64,000 nt of DNA. Source: Dicyema japonicum (taxonomy: Eukaryota > Animalia > Dicyemida). Where the stretch lies: positions 495,482 through 559,481 of the forward strand of contig RDEW01000019.1 of the NCBI GenBank assembly GCA_011109175.1. Direction: 5' to 3'. The notes beneath the pieces were generated by a model. It ran no database searches, was not told the origin of the DNA, and saw only the letters and a program-made list of their open reading frames with translations. Position numbers and translations under genes: made by a program. The number at the start of each line of letters is the position of its first letter. Position 1 is the stretch's first letter. Shown piece after piece: positions 49,380 to 62,199 of the stretch.

Positions 49380-49720
49380 TAAGAAAAACAACAATCAGTG
49401 GCTGCTCTCAGAATCGAGAAAGCATTTCCCCTTATAATGTACAAGAAAATGCGCTCAATGAGCCAGCTCCGTTCTTTTCTATCATTTCCTTCTTCGGGAT
49501 AAGCGATCTGTTTTTTGTTTAGCAAGGTCAGTGACCTACTTCCTATGATTCCTGACGTTTCCACGACGATCGGTTCAAAAATGAACTTTCCACTTACATT
49601 AGTATTTTATCTCTTTAATATTAATCGCCGCTTCTTCGCCAAACAAGCACTATTAATCAAACATTCTAAAAAATCTGAGTCTGGCCATACTCACAAATCA
49701 CAACGTCTGCAAAACCCAAA
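49380..49720 (-). mobile_element. CRE-like RLE fragment
   Basis: GKFIFEPIVVETSGIIGSRSL. Confidence 0.65.
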
Positions 49721-50496
49721 ACCTTCTCAATTTACCTCGGTGGCTATCGTGAGAGACAACGAGTCAATTATGGAGGATAGGTAAACAATTATAACTGAAT
49801 AAATGTTAACTAAATATATTAAGAAAATAAACTAATTTTTATTGTGAATAAAGATTATTCTTCTTAAATTATGAAATATTAAATTTTGTAATTTTATGAC
49901 TGTTTGTTAGCTAATAAAAATGTGTATTAGTAATATTCCTAAATAAATTCAATTAATGGGCTAGATAGCTTAGTGGTCAGGATATAATATGCCAGTTGGA
50001 TTCGTGTTAAATCCCCTCTATTGGCTATTTTTTCTGAGGTTTCTGTTTTTTTGTTCCTTATCTTTTTTCATTCTACTAGATCATGTGTCATTTGATTTTT
50101 CTGTCTCAGGTGGTGCCAAGCGCCAGAAGGATAAAAAAGGATTATTTAATCCACTGAGGGGCTTCACACAATTGCATAGACTGGACGATTTCTCTCCTTT
50201 TCACTGGTTCTGAATCGACCTGTCGATATTGGAAAGTCTTTCTGTTGCTGTTAACATGGAGATTTAATTACTTGTTAGCTATTAATTTTTTTAATTGATA
50301 AAATAAACTAAAATAACTCAATTTTTAATTTCATATTATCTAGCCAAAACTGACTTTGTAGAAATCAAAATTATCTAAAAAAATATTGGAACAAAAAATG
50401 TTAATTTAGAATTCAGGATGATTTATCTTCAGAACTAGCAGGATCATGATCCTTCAAAAGTTGGAGCAACCTTTCATCGGTCTATAAAATTAAACA

Positions 50497-50715
50497 CTAC
50501 AATACTCGTGGAGTTTTAGGATTGATTCTTACGTAAATCTTGCACCCTTCATTACGAGTTGATACATCGATTGTGTCAGGATTTAGAGAGCGAAAAAATT
50601 CTAATATACTACGATCATATTCATCTAAATAATATCTTTTCCTTTTTATGTTTATCATAGGCTGTTTTTTTGAGGCGTTAGGTGAGTCGCTATCTGAAGT
50701 CGTAGTCAAAACCAT
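50497..50715 (-). CDS. Hypothetical small protein or first exon
   Basis: AAAATG start right after an AT-rich tract; basic KRKR cluster. No family recognised. Confidence 0.3.
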   Translation of the reverse strand: MVLTTTSDSDSPNASKKQPMINIKRKRYYLDEYDRSILEFFRSLNPDTIDVSTRNEGCKIYVRINPKTPRVL

Positions 50716-52207
50716 TTTATTAAATAAACATTGAATATTTTTATGAAAAATATTTAAAAAGCAAATTAGAGTTTTTAAGTATTTATTTTAAAAACAAAAA
50801 AACAAAAAAATATAGATAGAGGGGCGAAGTCCTAACTGGTCGTTATTCCATTTCTGAGCTGGAATAAAATCCTCGATTTTTCCTTAGTCTGTTCAAAAAC
50901 AGATCTCAACGATTCTTCAGGTATAAAGAGTGGCACAGAATCGAAGGCGGATTAAGAAAAGAGGTGGCTGAATGCCTCCGTCTTGTGATCGTCTAGAAGG
51001 CAAAATGGGCACAGCGAAAAAAAACGATATTCTGATTCTGTTCATATATTCTTGGACATCTGTATGGTTAACGCATGAACTCCCCGGGGTATGGAAGCTA
51101 AGTTTCCTCAATTTTCAGCGGTGGACGCCTCAGAAACTGTTTGCTATTAATGGCATTAGTCGAAACCCGATCGTTAATGGTTTGAACTGCAAATGGGGGT
51201 TTAGTCAGCCATTTCTTAGATGAACATGAAAAAAATGAAGAGTTTCATTCTTCATTATGTGATATAGACATTTCATATTTTGTATGTTTTGGAAGTTAAA
51301 ATTGCAATTAATTGCATTCAAATTTAAGTAGGATGTAAAATTAAAAAACACATAGTTAGATATCATTCATATCAATTAGGTTTTGAATTAAATTGAAAAT
51401 TCCAAAATCACGGTAAAACAAAACAAAGTTATATTGAGAAGTTCTCTGAACCACACAGAAGCAAATTTAGAGTTTATAAACGGATGCTCATATTTACACA
51501 GGCTCAATTCTCCGTTATACTAATTAGGAGCACAAGAGGATTCCTCTTTTGCTTTTAATGGTATTTTTAGGAAGCTATGATTTTCTGGTATTTCTTTAAA
51601 GATGAATGAACCAAACATGGCTTATGTGCAAGAAATGCACAGCTCTATGAAGTGCTTATGGATACTCCCTTATTTATTTGTTTATTGCCTCGAGATCACC
51701 AGATTAAAGAGAGAGAAAATCGTCAACTAACAAAGTGAACTCAGATGTTCCCACTGTCAGAGTGAGACATATCCATTCTAAGAATAACATCCATCAATAA
51801 CCGCTATTGTGGGAACCTTTCCGATGGAATATATTTATATGATACCATTTATAGACTGGCAGGCACTGAGCGTCTTCTTGTACAAGTGGATCACATGCCA
51901 CCTCTTAGGAATTTAAGATGGAAGAGAGCATAAAAGAATTCTTCAACAGTTATGCAATAATGTGAACTAACAGTCAATTCAACACGTGCTGCAGAAATAG
52001 ACACCATTCTACCGAGATGAATCACGTTATTATTTTGATATCCGATCTTCCATAGCCGTGAGAGACTTAGTCAGTTTTGGTTTATTAATTTAATGCAGTT
52101 GGTGGTAAACATTTCAGTCAGTTTTAGGTTTATAAATTTAATTATGTTAATTTTAAATATTTCATTAATTTAAAGTTTTTAAATTAACAATAGTTTAGTG
52201 GTCTTAA

Positions 52208-52670
52208 ATGAAGGACAAACAATCAAAATCTATAGAAGACAAAAATATAGAATTTTTCAGAGAAGCTGAAAAGTATGCATGTGATCTATTATCTCTGAAG
52301 TCTGAATCACTAGCTTTAAACAAACAAAGGAACAGTAATCGTGAAGCTATTCGGTAAATTTATCAAAGTATGTCTTAGAGCTCTGGAAAGTCAAGGGAAA
52401 GACTATTCTTGGATTTATTTGAATAATTTATTTATTAAGTTTGACAAGAACTCTGCGCTTAATAGGATCAAAAAAGGTGAAATTAGAATTCTAATGGTAG
52501 ACCAATCAACGTTGGAATCTCGAGTAAATGAAATTAGGAATGAAATGAAGGTGTGTGTTGAAAAGCTTGATGACTTGGATATTATTGATAACCACCCAAT
52601 TTCCGCATTTCGGCTAAATCCAATTTCTAATTCTGACATGAAAAATATTAAAAATTTTTATCAGTTATAA
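52208..52670 (+). CDS. PDRG1: p53 and DNA damage-regulated protein 1 (prefoldin-like subunit), 3 exons
   Basis: Removing introns 52354-52378 (25 nt) and 52477-52500 (24 nt) gives ..LNKQRNSNREAIRAL..NNLFIKF..IKKDQSTLESRVNEIRNEMKVCVEKL..FRLNPI.., colinear with PDRG1 motifs RNQNREGLRAL, NMFIK, EKDQ, FNLNPL. Confidence 0.88.
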
Positions 52671-53045
52671 TTAATCTTTTTTTACTGAGATCAATAAGCA
52701 AGTTGAATCAAAATATGTTCAGTCTAATCATCACTAGGGCGATTTTTGTCAATAAAGTCAAAAATTCATACGTTTTTTAAAATTTTTTAAAACTTATAAA
52801 AATTTAATTTTTATCTAAAATATTATATAATCAACTTATCCTTGGCTGACTCTCTGATACATAGTGGAGAAAACGATCTTATCTTGCTTATGAATGCGAC
52901 ATCTTTTCAACAGATTAGGACCAAGACATCCAGGCAGCCAAATATAAATTACAACATTATTTGAATTGTTTTCTTGTGTTACTGAACGAAAATCGACTGA
53001 AATAAGCATTCCATCCTTATTCACTTCGAACAAAAAAATGTCAAA

Positions 53046-53295
53046 CACCTGATGGAAGGTGCTAAAAAGGCTTGACGAGTGACGCTGCCATCAGTGGAGA
53101 TTCACTGCGGAATTGGATAGTCTGAAAGGACATACACCCAAAAAAAGAAAACAAAGAAGTGAAGAGTATTCCTTGGTTCTCCCTCTACGATTAGTTATAA
53201 TAATTGTTCTTTACTTAAATAAAGTGTGTGTTCTGCACGTGTGAAACCTAGGCATTTTACGTACTTATGGCAACGCGGGAGTGCTTACTTTATTA
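53046..53295 (+). mobile_element. SINE family A, 5'-truncated, variant RTE-like tail
   Basis: Body matches family A. Followed by a Vingi-like 3' piece at ~53295-53640. Confidence 0.8.
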
Positions 53296-54180
53296 ATGGA
53301 AAGTCGAGAACTATCCCGTACTAAAAACAGTTTACTCTCAGTACATTGAACCGTGCATTTCCTATGCAAGTGCTTCATAGGGACCTTACATCTCTTGACT
53401 AATGTACAGAAAATAGCGGCTACACAAAAAGGCTTTTGAAGTGACAGAGAAGTGGTCTATGGACATATAGAACATTATGTCGACATTATTGGAGATTATA
53501 GTCAAAATGAACATCAGAGAAGACCTGATCAAACGTGATCAGGAGAAACCTCGACCAAAACGAGTTTGTGTAGGATATAGGCAGGAACATCGAGCCAAAT
53601 TGAGAGCCTGAATTAAATTAGTCAGGATTACTTAGTTTGTTTTTTTCAGTTTAACGATGGTCTTCGAATAAAAATTGATTTGATGGTCCTTAAGCAAAAG
53701 TTTACTCAAAATGCATTTTAAATAAAAAGTGACATTCTGATAAAAAATGAAAAGGAATCTCATTTTTTTCTTAATGAGTGATCTTGTAACAATAAATAAT
53801 GCAATAAAGTAATAATTGAGAACCAAGTCAACAGAATTACTGTCTAATTACCAGTGGAGGAAGTGACAGTTCAATTATTTCCGAATCTTTGACTATAAAT
53901 GATGATTCCCCACTTATTAAGCTTCTCTTAGATGCTTGAATTCCTGGATCTAATTTATCGGACATTATTTGAAGGATATCCGACGTGTCTTTTATTTCTA
54001 TCATTATACATAACGATTACACCTTTAATTTCCTTCATTAACTCACTTTTGTTCCGTGTAGGTCTTTGACTGATTTTCATAGGACATATCACCAAAATGA
54101 ATAAAAGTATCATCGATCAATCTTGATTATTTTCATTTTTATATTTAAATCGAAGAATTTAGATATTTTTTACGAAATGT

Positions 54181-54518
54181 AATAATTTTTAATAAAGCCT
54201 TTTCACGAGAGCCATAGTATTTATAGCTCCGCATAGGCAGGACACACACTTTATTTAAGTAAAGAACAGTTAATTTTAACTAATCGTAGAACCAAGGAAT
54301 TATCTTCACTTCTTTTTTTCTTTTTTTCTTTTTCTTGTGTGAGTGTCCTTTCTAGACAAATCCAGTTCCGCAGTGAGTATTCACTGATGACGGCGTCACT
54401 CGTCAAACCATTTCTGCATCGTAGATGCGTGGAACCTTCCACCAGGTGAACAGCAGCGAGATTCGAACCCGTAGCCTAAGCCACTTAAACCCGACACCTA
54501 ACCACTACGCCACCCGGC
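54181..54518 (-). mobile_element. SINE family A, full length with target-site duplication
   Basis: Flanked by TTACGAAATGT at 54170-54180 and 54519-54529. Confidence 0.95.
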
Positions 54519-55745
54519 TTACGAAATGTGTTCAATGAATAAAAAAATATAATAAAATGATTTCGACCAAGGTTAAAGCCAAACTAATTCCTTGATCTTG
54601 ACGCGTTCCAGTAGAACCTTCACCCAAGAACAGTGATCGTGAGGTCGTTTATTCAACGAATGGATATAAACTTTTCAAATGTGTATTATGTCTTAATAAT
54701 GATAATGCACATTCACAAAAAGAATATTATATCCTTCCAGTCTCTTGTGTCACCCTTGGATGATCCGGTCTCGACGCTTTTCTTGAGATTGATTTTTCGG
54801 AGGCTGTCTAGATCATCTGCGTCTTCTAATGTCACTTTAACAAGTTTTAGATCGATTTTCATTATTGAGGGCAAAGTTGTTCGTGAAACTGATTTCTACC
54901 AAAAAAATAAATGAAATTGTTGCCTACTTAGGTTTCTCAATGATTGTAATAAAAAAACAGCCTTTTCAGCAAGAAGTAGATAATATTTCCATTACCTAAA
55001 CCTCACCTTAGGCAGAACTAGCATTTTGTTTTAAGAAGTAAAAACAGAATGTTTACTAATCAAAGACAAAAGGTTCTTGACTTCTCGTTTTTTTATAAGT
55101 GTACAAGTTCCATGAGACAATCAAGTTCCGCGTTGTTAAACACTGATGATGGTGGCACTCGTCAACCATAAATAATCATAGATACGTAGAACCTTCAACC
55201 GAATGGATAGCAGCGAGATTCGAATCGAAGACCTTATCATTTTGGTCAAGAACTTATTACTTTGATTGTATTAACGAGAATATATTTTTTGATTATTGAT
55301 AAGACGCAAATAAGAGGAAAAATGTATATTTGATGAAGAATATTGCCTTTCCAACACTCGAAACAGTTTGAAAGTTTTATATTAAAGTTCATTATTTTGG
55401 GTTGACAGGCTTAATTTTGAATACAGAATATGAAGATTATTTTACGGAGGAAGCATTTTTAGACATGAACAGATTCACTTTATGGAAAATCCACGTAAAG
55501 TGAATGAATATATTTCTAAAATCTCAATTGACAGAGATTTTGGAAATACTAAAATATTGAAGTCTCCCACCATCTGTATATGAAAATCTTCGAAATCGTA
55601 CATCCAGTTCTGAATCGGTTGAAAAAGCTAATTCACTAATATTCTCACGAATGATAAAAATTTAAAAACAAAAATATTAATGACAATTTGATTTCACTTT
55701 ATAATAAATATTATTTATAAACAAATACTATTTTTTAAATTTTAG

Positions 55746-56700
55746 ATGCGAAAATTAAAAATTCTATTTTGCAATTTTAAAAAATTCTATTTTCTGGTTG
55801 CCCTAATTATTACTCATTTTACTTCTGCTGACAGTAGACACTATGGACAAGGGTTTGGGACTGAGAGTTTACATTGGAAAAACCCTATCCAGAGAATAAT
55901 GACAACAGCTGGCATACCACAAGTAGATTCTCTATCCTATTCGTTGTCTATTTGGAATCGGCTATTAGCAGTCTCAGAAAGTTCTACGGTAATAATATTA
56001 TGGAGATTGTGCACACTGACGACGTGGAGTTTGTCTCGAATGACTGGGAATCACTCTGGTATCTGATTGAGGTAGCGCCGAGTCATCTATCCAAATAGTT
56101 CCCATTCACGACCATCTCAAAGAAAAATAATGTCGAGATCAAAAAGAAGGAGTATCGTAGAAACGAAAGATGGAAAAAGTCTATAATGCTTGATTTTCTC
56201 ATTAGAGATTCTGAAGATATCACCAAAAGAAAATTTTTATCGTCAGTAAATATAAATTTATAATTTTGACTATTAGCTTCCTTAGACATTCCTAAAATAG
56301 TTGGTTAAGTAATCATCATTTTCCTGTAATCATCATTTTTTGGGAAAACCTCAAAATTGAAGAATTTTTCCCCATTTTGGGGTAAGACTGTATTTAATTT
56401 TTAGGCTTAGAAAATCTATTAAAAGGTGTATGTCAACTACTAGCAATTCAAACGATAAATTTGGAGAATATATTCGAATATTAAAAAAATAGTATACGAT
56501 CATAATAATTCGATTCTTGGCATAACCCGGCAAATGCCAGTTAATGTGTTCATAAAGATTTCGTTTAAAATAAGATGTAAAAATAAAATAGAATCCTTAA
56601 ATGCTTTTACCTGGATGAATCGGTAGAAGAAACGTTTGACATACCAGTCAATTTACTATGCACAGGAAAAGAAACCAAAATTTGTTGAAAAATATTAAAA
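55746..56700 (+). pseudogene. Unidentified, interrupted gene-like region
   Basis: Long frame 55874-56245 with one internal TAG; intron-like GTAAAT..TATTAG (56246-56276) and GTAAGA..TTTTAG (56382-56404). No clean spliced ORF. Confidence 0.3.
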
Positions 56701-57090
56701 AGCCATCATTAAAAATAACAAAAAAGTAGATGAAAATTCTGCAAAAAATGAAAGCTTGAATCATGCGAAAATGAGATGTTTACAATTAAGGATGACCAGT
56801 ACTATGCTAGCACGAAAAAAGATCATTTGCTCTCTTCCTCTAGAGGGGTTTCTTTTCCAAAAAATCATATTATCTATTCATGTGTGTAACAACTGCCAAT
56901 TGGTTCTTATATTACTAGCTTATAAACATATAATAACGTTTCCGGATTCCAATAAAAAATAAAACAATTTTAACATTGCCTCTTCTTTTCTACCTTTTAT
57001 AGAATAGCTATTTTCTCTCTAAATAGATATAACATGATCCCTTCTGATCAACCCACACTCCAAGTTATTTTAATAGTTCCAAGGCCTTGG

Positions 57091-57414
57091 GTGGCTTAGT
57101 GGTTAGGTGTCGGGCTTAAGTGGCTTAGGCTACGCGTTCGAATCTCGCTGCTGTTCACCTGGTGGAAGGTTCCACGCATCTACGATGCAGAAAGGGTTTG
57201 ACGAGTGACGCCGTCATCAGTGAATACTCACTGCGGAACTGGATTGTCTAGAAAGGACACTCACACAAGAAAAAGAATAAAAAATGAAGTGAAGATCATT
57301 CCTTGGTTCTACGATTAGTTAAAATTAACTGTTCTTTACTTAAATAAAGTGTGTGTCCTGCCTATGCGAAGCTATAAATACTATGGCTCTCGTGAAAAAG
57401 GCTTTATTATTATT
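57091..57414 (+). mobile_element. SINE family A, near full length with target-site duplication
   Basis: Flanked by AAGGCCTTGG at 57081-57090 and 57415-57424. Confidence 0.95.
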
Positions 57415-57699
57415 AAGGCCTTGGTTTGGTAAGTTTTCAAGTATTTTTTCTGTTTTTGAATATCTACGGAACAGTATATTTTCCACGAGATAAAAATAGT
57501 AATTTAACACAGAACCATTTTTTTAATTTTCCAGTATGATTCAAAATTATTTTCCAACAGTTAAGAAAAATCAATACAAATTAACAGCCAACTTAAAAAA
57601 ATAGTTCATTAAAATTTATTTTTAAAAGTTATAATATAAATTTATTTACATTTTTTTTTAAATTAAAGAAATAATTTTACTTCTTTGTTGGTAACTTAT

Positions 57700-58500
57700 G
57701 ATTTAATTGTTATAGCCCTTCAAGTATTCCAAGAAAATGTATAAAACTTTCGCTTGTAGAAAATTTTGAACATTATGATCACTAAAATGTTTATAATGCT
57801 GAAACAGGATTTTTATAAACTTATTCCATTAAAAAGCATCTTTAAAAATGTTAGCAAGGGATTTAAAATCATTAAAGATAGAATTTCTTTTCAATCGTGT
57901 GTAAATATGTCGGGTTCTGATAAGCTGAAACCAGTAGTTATTGGCAAATTTGCAAAGCTTAGATGTTTAAATGAATTTAATCATTCTTATATTGCTGATC
58001 AAGAGAACTAGCGAGCAACAGAAGATCATGGTCGAGGCTGACGGAGAGAATAATTCAGAATACAGCACAAGGGAGACATAATTAACTTTATGTTTACTCG
58101 GGAGTGCTGTTTAATAATAATGTATTGTGGAATATTTCAATTCTTCAAATGCCTGGATGACGAATGATATTTTCTATAAGTCGATTTTTAATTGAGATTT
58201 AAGTCTGGTCAAACTACAAAAAAGGTTTTGTTGGTAATTGATAGCTGTGCTCTTGATAAGACTTAAATAAAATTAAAAAATATCATCAAATGTAACCAGT
58301 TTATTGCAACCGCTTGACCAAGGATTTAAATTGGTTTAAACACAGTTTACCAGCAGAAAACTTAATGATATATTGAGCAACTTGAATCGGGCAAACATAC
58401 AAAAATCTGAACATTAAAGACGCTATGATTTATTTGAGCTTTGCTTGGAAAGAAAGTTGACAAAGTACCATTTTAAATGTTTTAATCGCGCCAAATGGTG
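57700..58500 (+). mobile_element. pogo/Tigger (DDE_1) transposase relic with a nested RTE 3' end at ~57995-58120
   Basis: KDRISFQSCVNMSGSDKLKPVVIGK, NAWMT, VLLVIDSC, NVTSLLQPLDQG. Confidence 0.85.
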
Positions 58501-58684
58501 CAATAAGAAATGAACTCACTAATAATAAAAAATGTTGAGAATTATTATGATTTTGTTTTAAGGTCTAATTTATTAGATCCTACGGTAGAAGAGGGTTTTA
58601 GAATATCAAATGTCGAAAAGATTTTATTTTAAAAATAATGGCTTGTACAGAAAAGACAAAAACGTCTTGAGGGAATCACAATTT

Positions 58685-59053
58685 TTACATTCGAAGAGGG
58701 GAAACCTCTGGTCTGAAATGCTACTTGTGTCGACTCCCTCTACTTATCAAACATTGTTGGGAGCGCGGTAGAGTCACTCCATGCCGACGAAAAAACGATG
58801 GGGGCAAAGAAGAAGAAATACGAAGCGCTACGCGACCGATTCGCGTTTTAAACCCATTGTGGTCGAGACAACTGGAGGAATAAGTGGAAAATCGCTTTGT
58901 TTCCTAAAGAAACTTGGACGTCTACCTACACTAAAAAGCCATGACGCACGTGAGACGCGGTGGCTCCTCAAGTTGATGTCTGTTGCAATCTTGAGAAGCA
59001 ACGCAACGTCGATAATGTCGGCGGGGACGACTTTGGATGGATGGATGTGTTAA
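58685..59053 (+). mobile_element. CRE-like RLE 3' fragment
   Basis: GKPLV.NATCVDS, RFKPIVVETTG, SVAILRSNATSIM. Its end is repeated at ~30480-30536. Confidence 0.85.
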
Positions 59054-59339
59054 TTAGTAATTAATTGTTTTATTATTAAAAATTTTATATTAGAAAAATT
59101 GAAATTGAAACGGCTGAATAAACAAATAAAATCAATAAATTTAATGTGCCGTGAAATATCTGATAATACAATCACTAAGTTTATTTTTACTGATTAGCCA
59201 ATGAAAAAGAATGAATTTAGAACCATGCGACATCCAACCACTAGCCTACCTGGTAAAATTAAAATCAGAATTAGTTCTAGTAATTTGTTAGCATTTTTGT
59301 TGTTATTAATGAATTTTTAATGTATTAAAATTAGTAACT

Positions 59340-60590
59340 CTATCATTGTATTAAATCGAATCAAAAGGAAAGTCGACAAATTCTTATCGCCTGGACAAAG
59401 CGGTTTCAAGGAAAAAGATCAACCGCCGACATAGTATGGACGCACAGATGGTCTGGCGCTATATGTCAGAAATACAAAAAATGCATAAAAGTTATGGGAT
59501 CGACATGAGTCGTGCATTCGACTCTGTACACAGGGGACTACTTATTAACATTCTGAATACATTTCTAGACACGGATGATGTTAGAATTATTTCCTTGCTC
59601 CTAGAAGATACTCACCTGGCTGTCAAAATCGGAAATACCGCTTCCAATTTTTTTAAAACCACTCGGGGAGTTCCACAAGGGGATTCGTTGTCTCCTATTC
59701 TATTTATTATTTATCTTGAGGCTGCACTGAGGGATTTCAGATTATCCATTAAAGGACAATATTATGAGTTGATTTACGCAGACGATCTGGACTTTGTATC
59801 GGATGATTCTGAATTTCTCAAGTACATAAACGAACATCTTCCAAAAATGGTTCTTGAAGATAAACACTGACAAAACGGAATTTACATCATTCAGCCGTGC
59901 AGAGAGGATATCCGACGAGACGTGGAGAAGACATAAGAAGGTCGGATCGCTCTTGGGGACGAGGAAGATGTAGCTCGACGGAAAATCCTTGCATCTGGTG
60001 CTTTCAGAAGCCTATCTAAAATATGGAGTTCGGGAAGAAGACTTTGTGGAAAAATAAAGCTTATGATATACAAATACATTGTTGTGCCCATCCTAATATA
60101 TAACTGTGGGACATGGGGTTTGTCTAAACGGGCAATGGAGTCTATTGACAGTTTCGACCGCAGTATGACAGTTTCGACTTAATATTCACTACAAAATGAA
60201 GATCAAAAACGAACAATTATATAAGTTGAGCAAAACAGAACCATTATCCATGGAAATCAGAAGATCGAGATGGAGACTGTTCGGTCACATTATGAGGATG
60301 GATCTGGATGTCCCGGCAAATCACGTAATAGATGAATATTTCATGGAAAAAACAAAATCATTCCGAGGAAGGCCTAGAACAACCTTACCTATCACGCTAA
60401 ATGAGGACCTAAAAGCCATAGGCAGGGAGTTGAAAACAATGGATGACCTCGATGAACTAAGAGATCTTGCGAAACGGAGAGGTCTTTGGATGCGATTGGT
60501 GCAAAGGGTGGCCGGCGCGGCACAAGGGAACCTTAATTGACTTTTGTTTTTTTTATGTGTTCTCGGCAGTGCTGATAATAATAATAATAT
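59340..60590 (+). mobile_element. RTE-clade LINE, 5'-truncated RT to (AAT)n tail
   Basis: GIDMSRAFDSV, GVPQGDSLSPILF, YADDLDF, RWRLFGHIMR, FRGRPRTTLP. Confidence 0.93.
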
Positions 60591-60967
60591 AAATTAGTAA
60601 CGGCTTAAACCTTTATTCCTTTTCACCGGAAACTTAATTTATCCAAATTCATCCGAATCTTATGTCAGAGAGGATTCGAGCAGAGTTCCGTTCCGAATCT
60701 CCAGAAATTTCAAGACTAACTCATTTCCTCTGTTCACCGAGAATTATGAAGACAAGAAGGTTTCACCCACCATGCGGAGATAGATATCCATCCTACTAAA
60801 GCTGCATAAGGATGCATCATTAACCAAGTCTACAGCTCAACCTTTCTAACAATTATCCGTTAGTCTGACTGTCGCACTTCCCACCACAAAAACAAACATA
60901 AATCACAAGGCAGATTTAGTAAGTAAAAAATAAATATCAATTCCGGTAAATAAAAATTTAGTTGAAT

Positions 60968-61854
60968 TCATGAAGAAAATAAATTAATAAATCCAAACAT
61001 AAAGAACACAAACGACCCAACATAATTCACTAAAATATAAAAAAATAAATACAAGTTTTGGTAGAGAGATAGTCAGCCAAAAAGTGCCCGCCAAAAACGG
61101 CGGTAAGGACTGCAAAGCGAATGCCCCAAAATAGCTCCAAAAACGACTCCATAGAAATTTTAAAAGTCACAACAAATTAAACTTTTTGAGAAGCTGCAAT
61201 AATCGTAGAAAGTTGTGATCTGTCGCCCCATTCAGCTAAGAAAACCATAATAAAAGCTTGAAAAAATATAGAGGACGCAATAACACGTAACTTATAACTT
61301 CCCCCATAAACTACGGTGGACTGACTCTCTATGGCCTCAATGCTTGGCTGAACTGGTTACTTACAATTATAATACATTTAAAGATTCTTTAGCCTCCAAA
61401 TATTCAAGGTTCACAGCAGAGTCACATGCCTCTATTTCTACAATAAATGGGTTAAACTTAAAGTACCAGCTTCATGGAATAATTTGGCTGAAAAAGCGAA
61501 CAAAATAAAACACGTGAAATCTGATATGAATTTCTGAGGAAGAAAGTTAAAAAATTTTCCAAAACAAGCTATAAATGATTATAAATAATACCAGAGATGA
61601 CTGTTAGGATAATCAAAGCAAGGATGGACCCACAAAAACTACCAACCTTGAATGAGTCATCGCTAATATGGCTGTAACAAAAAAAGTTCTATCTCCAAGT
61701 TCTGATATGATGATAATTATCAATGTGGCAAAAAAGCCGTGGTATTCTCCATTTTGTACAGCATCACTTTGAATTGCATCATTTGCTTGCATTAGATATG
61801 TTGAAAACAAGATCAGAACACGTCGAATAACTTTATTTGAGTTAAGTAGATCAT
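60968..61854 (-). CDS. TMEM165: GDT1/TMEM165 (UPF0016) Ca2+/Mn2+ transporter, 6 exons, with several small lesions (error or pseudogene)
   Basis: Both signature motifs present: SELGDRTFF and AEWGDRSQ; also ILGHSLC..AVFGG. Introns 61569-61591, 61438-61466, 61348-61375, 61160-61182, 61030-61052. Needs indel fixes near 61825, 61630 and 61108; start uncertain. Confidence 0.85.
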
Positions 61855-61966
61855 AAAATATTTAAATTTTTTGAACTTATTTTACATAATTTTAAATTTA
61901 ATTAATAATTTAAATTTAACATTTTTTTATTAGAAATTAGTTCATAGTTATGCCTTTTGAGACTTG

Positions 61967-62143
61967 TGAGACTTGACTCCAGATCACGGGAAATTGGCCC
62001 TGAAAATTCAGGCAGCCGTCCTGTACGTTCATACGCGGGCACGAAGGAAGAACGACGGGCAAAGATGAGGTCTTTGTTAGAATGCATCGGGATCACGTGA
62101 TAATTAGTTTTGTTTTACCGAGGTCTTGGTTAAATAAATAAAA
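61967..62143 (+). mobile_element. Short 5'-truncated copy of the 11100-12290 LINE
   Basis: Nearly identical to 12101-12280. Confidence 0.92.
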
Positions 62144-62199
62144 ATGTTTTAAAAGCGCTAAATTGCTTTTTAGGCTGAGAAAAAAGAATTATTCTCTCC

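Noticed and set aside
49958-50030. Second tRNA gene
   Set aside because: Only a degenerate A box and a partial stem; no anticodon or T arm. Treated as a decayed SINE head.
54383-54410. Hammerhead core CTGATGA on the antisense strand of SINE A (also ~20412)
   Set aside because: The stem II candidate is followed by TCAAAC rather than GAAAC, and no stem I/III with a cleavage triplet is evident.
56090-56315. In-frame TAG/TAA codons suggesting stop-codon reassignment
   Set aside because: Copine and PDRG1 have no internal stops and end at TAA. Decay or a wrong frame is simpler.
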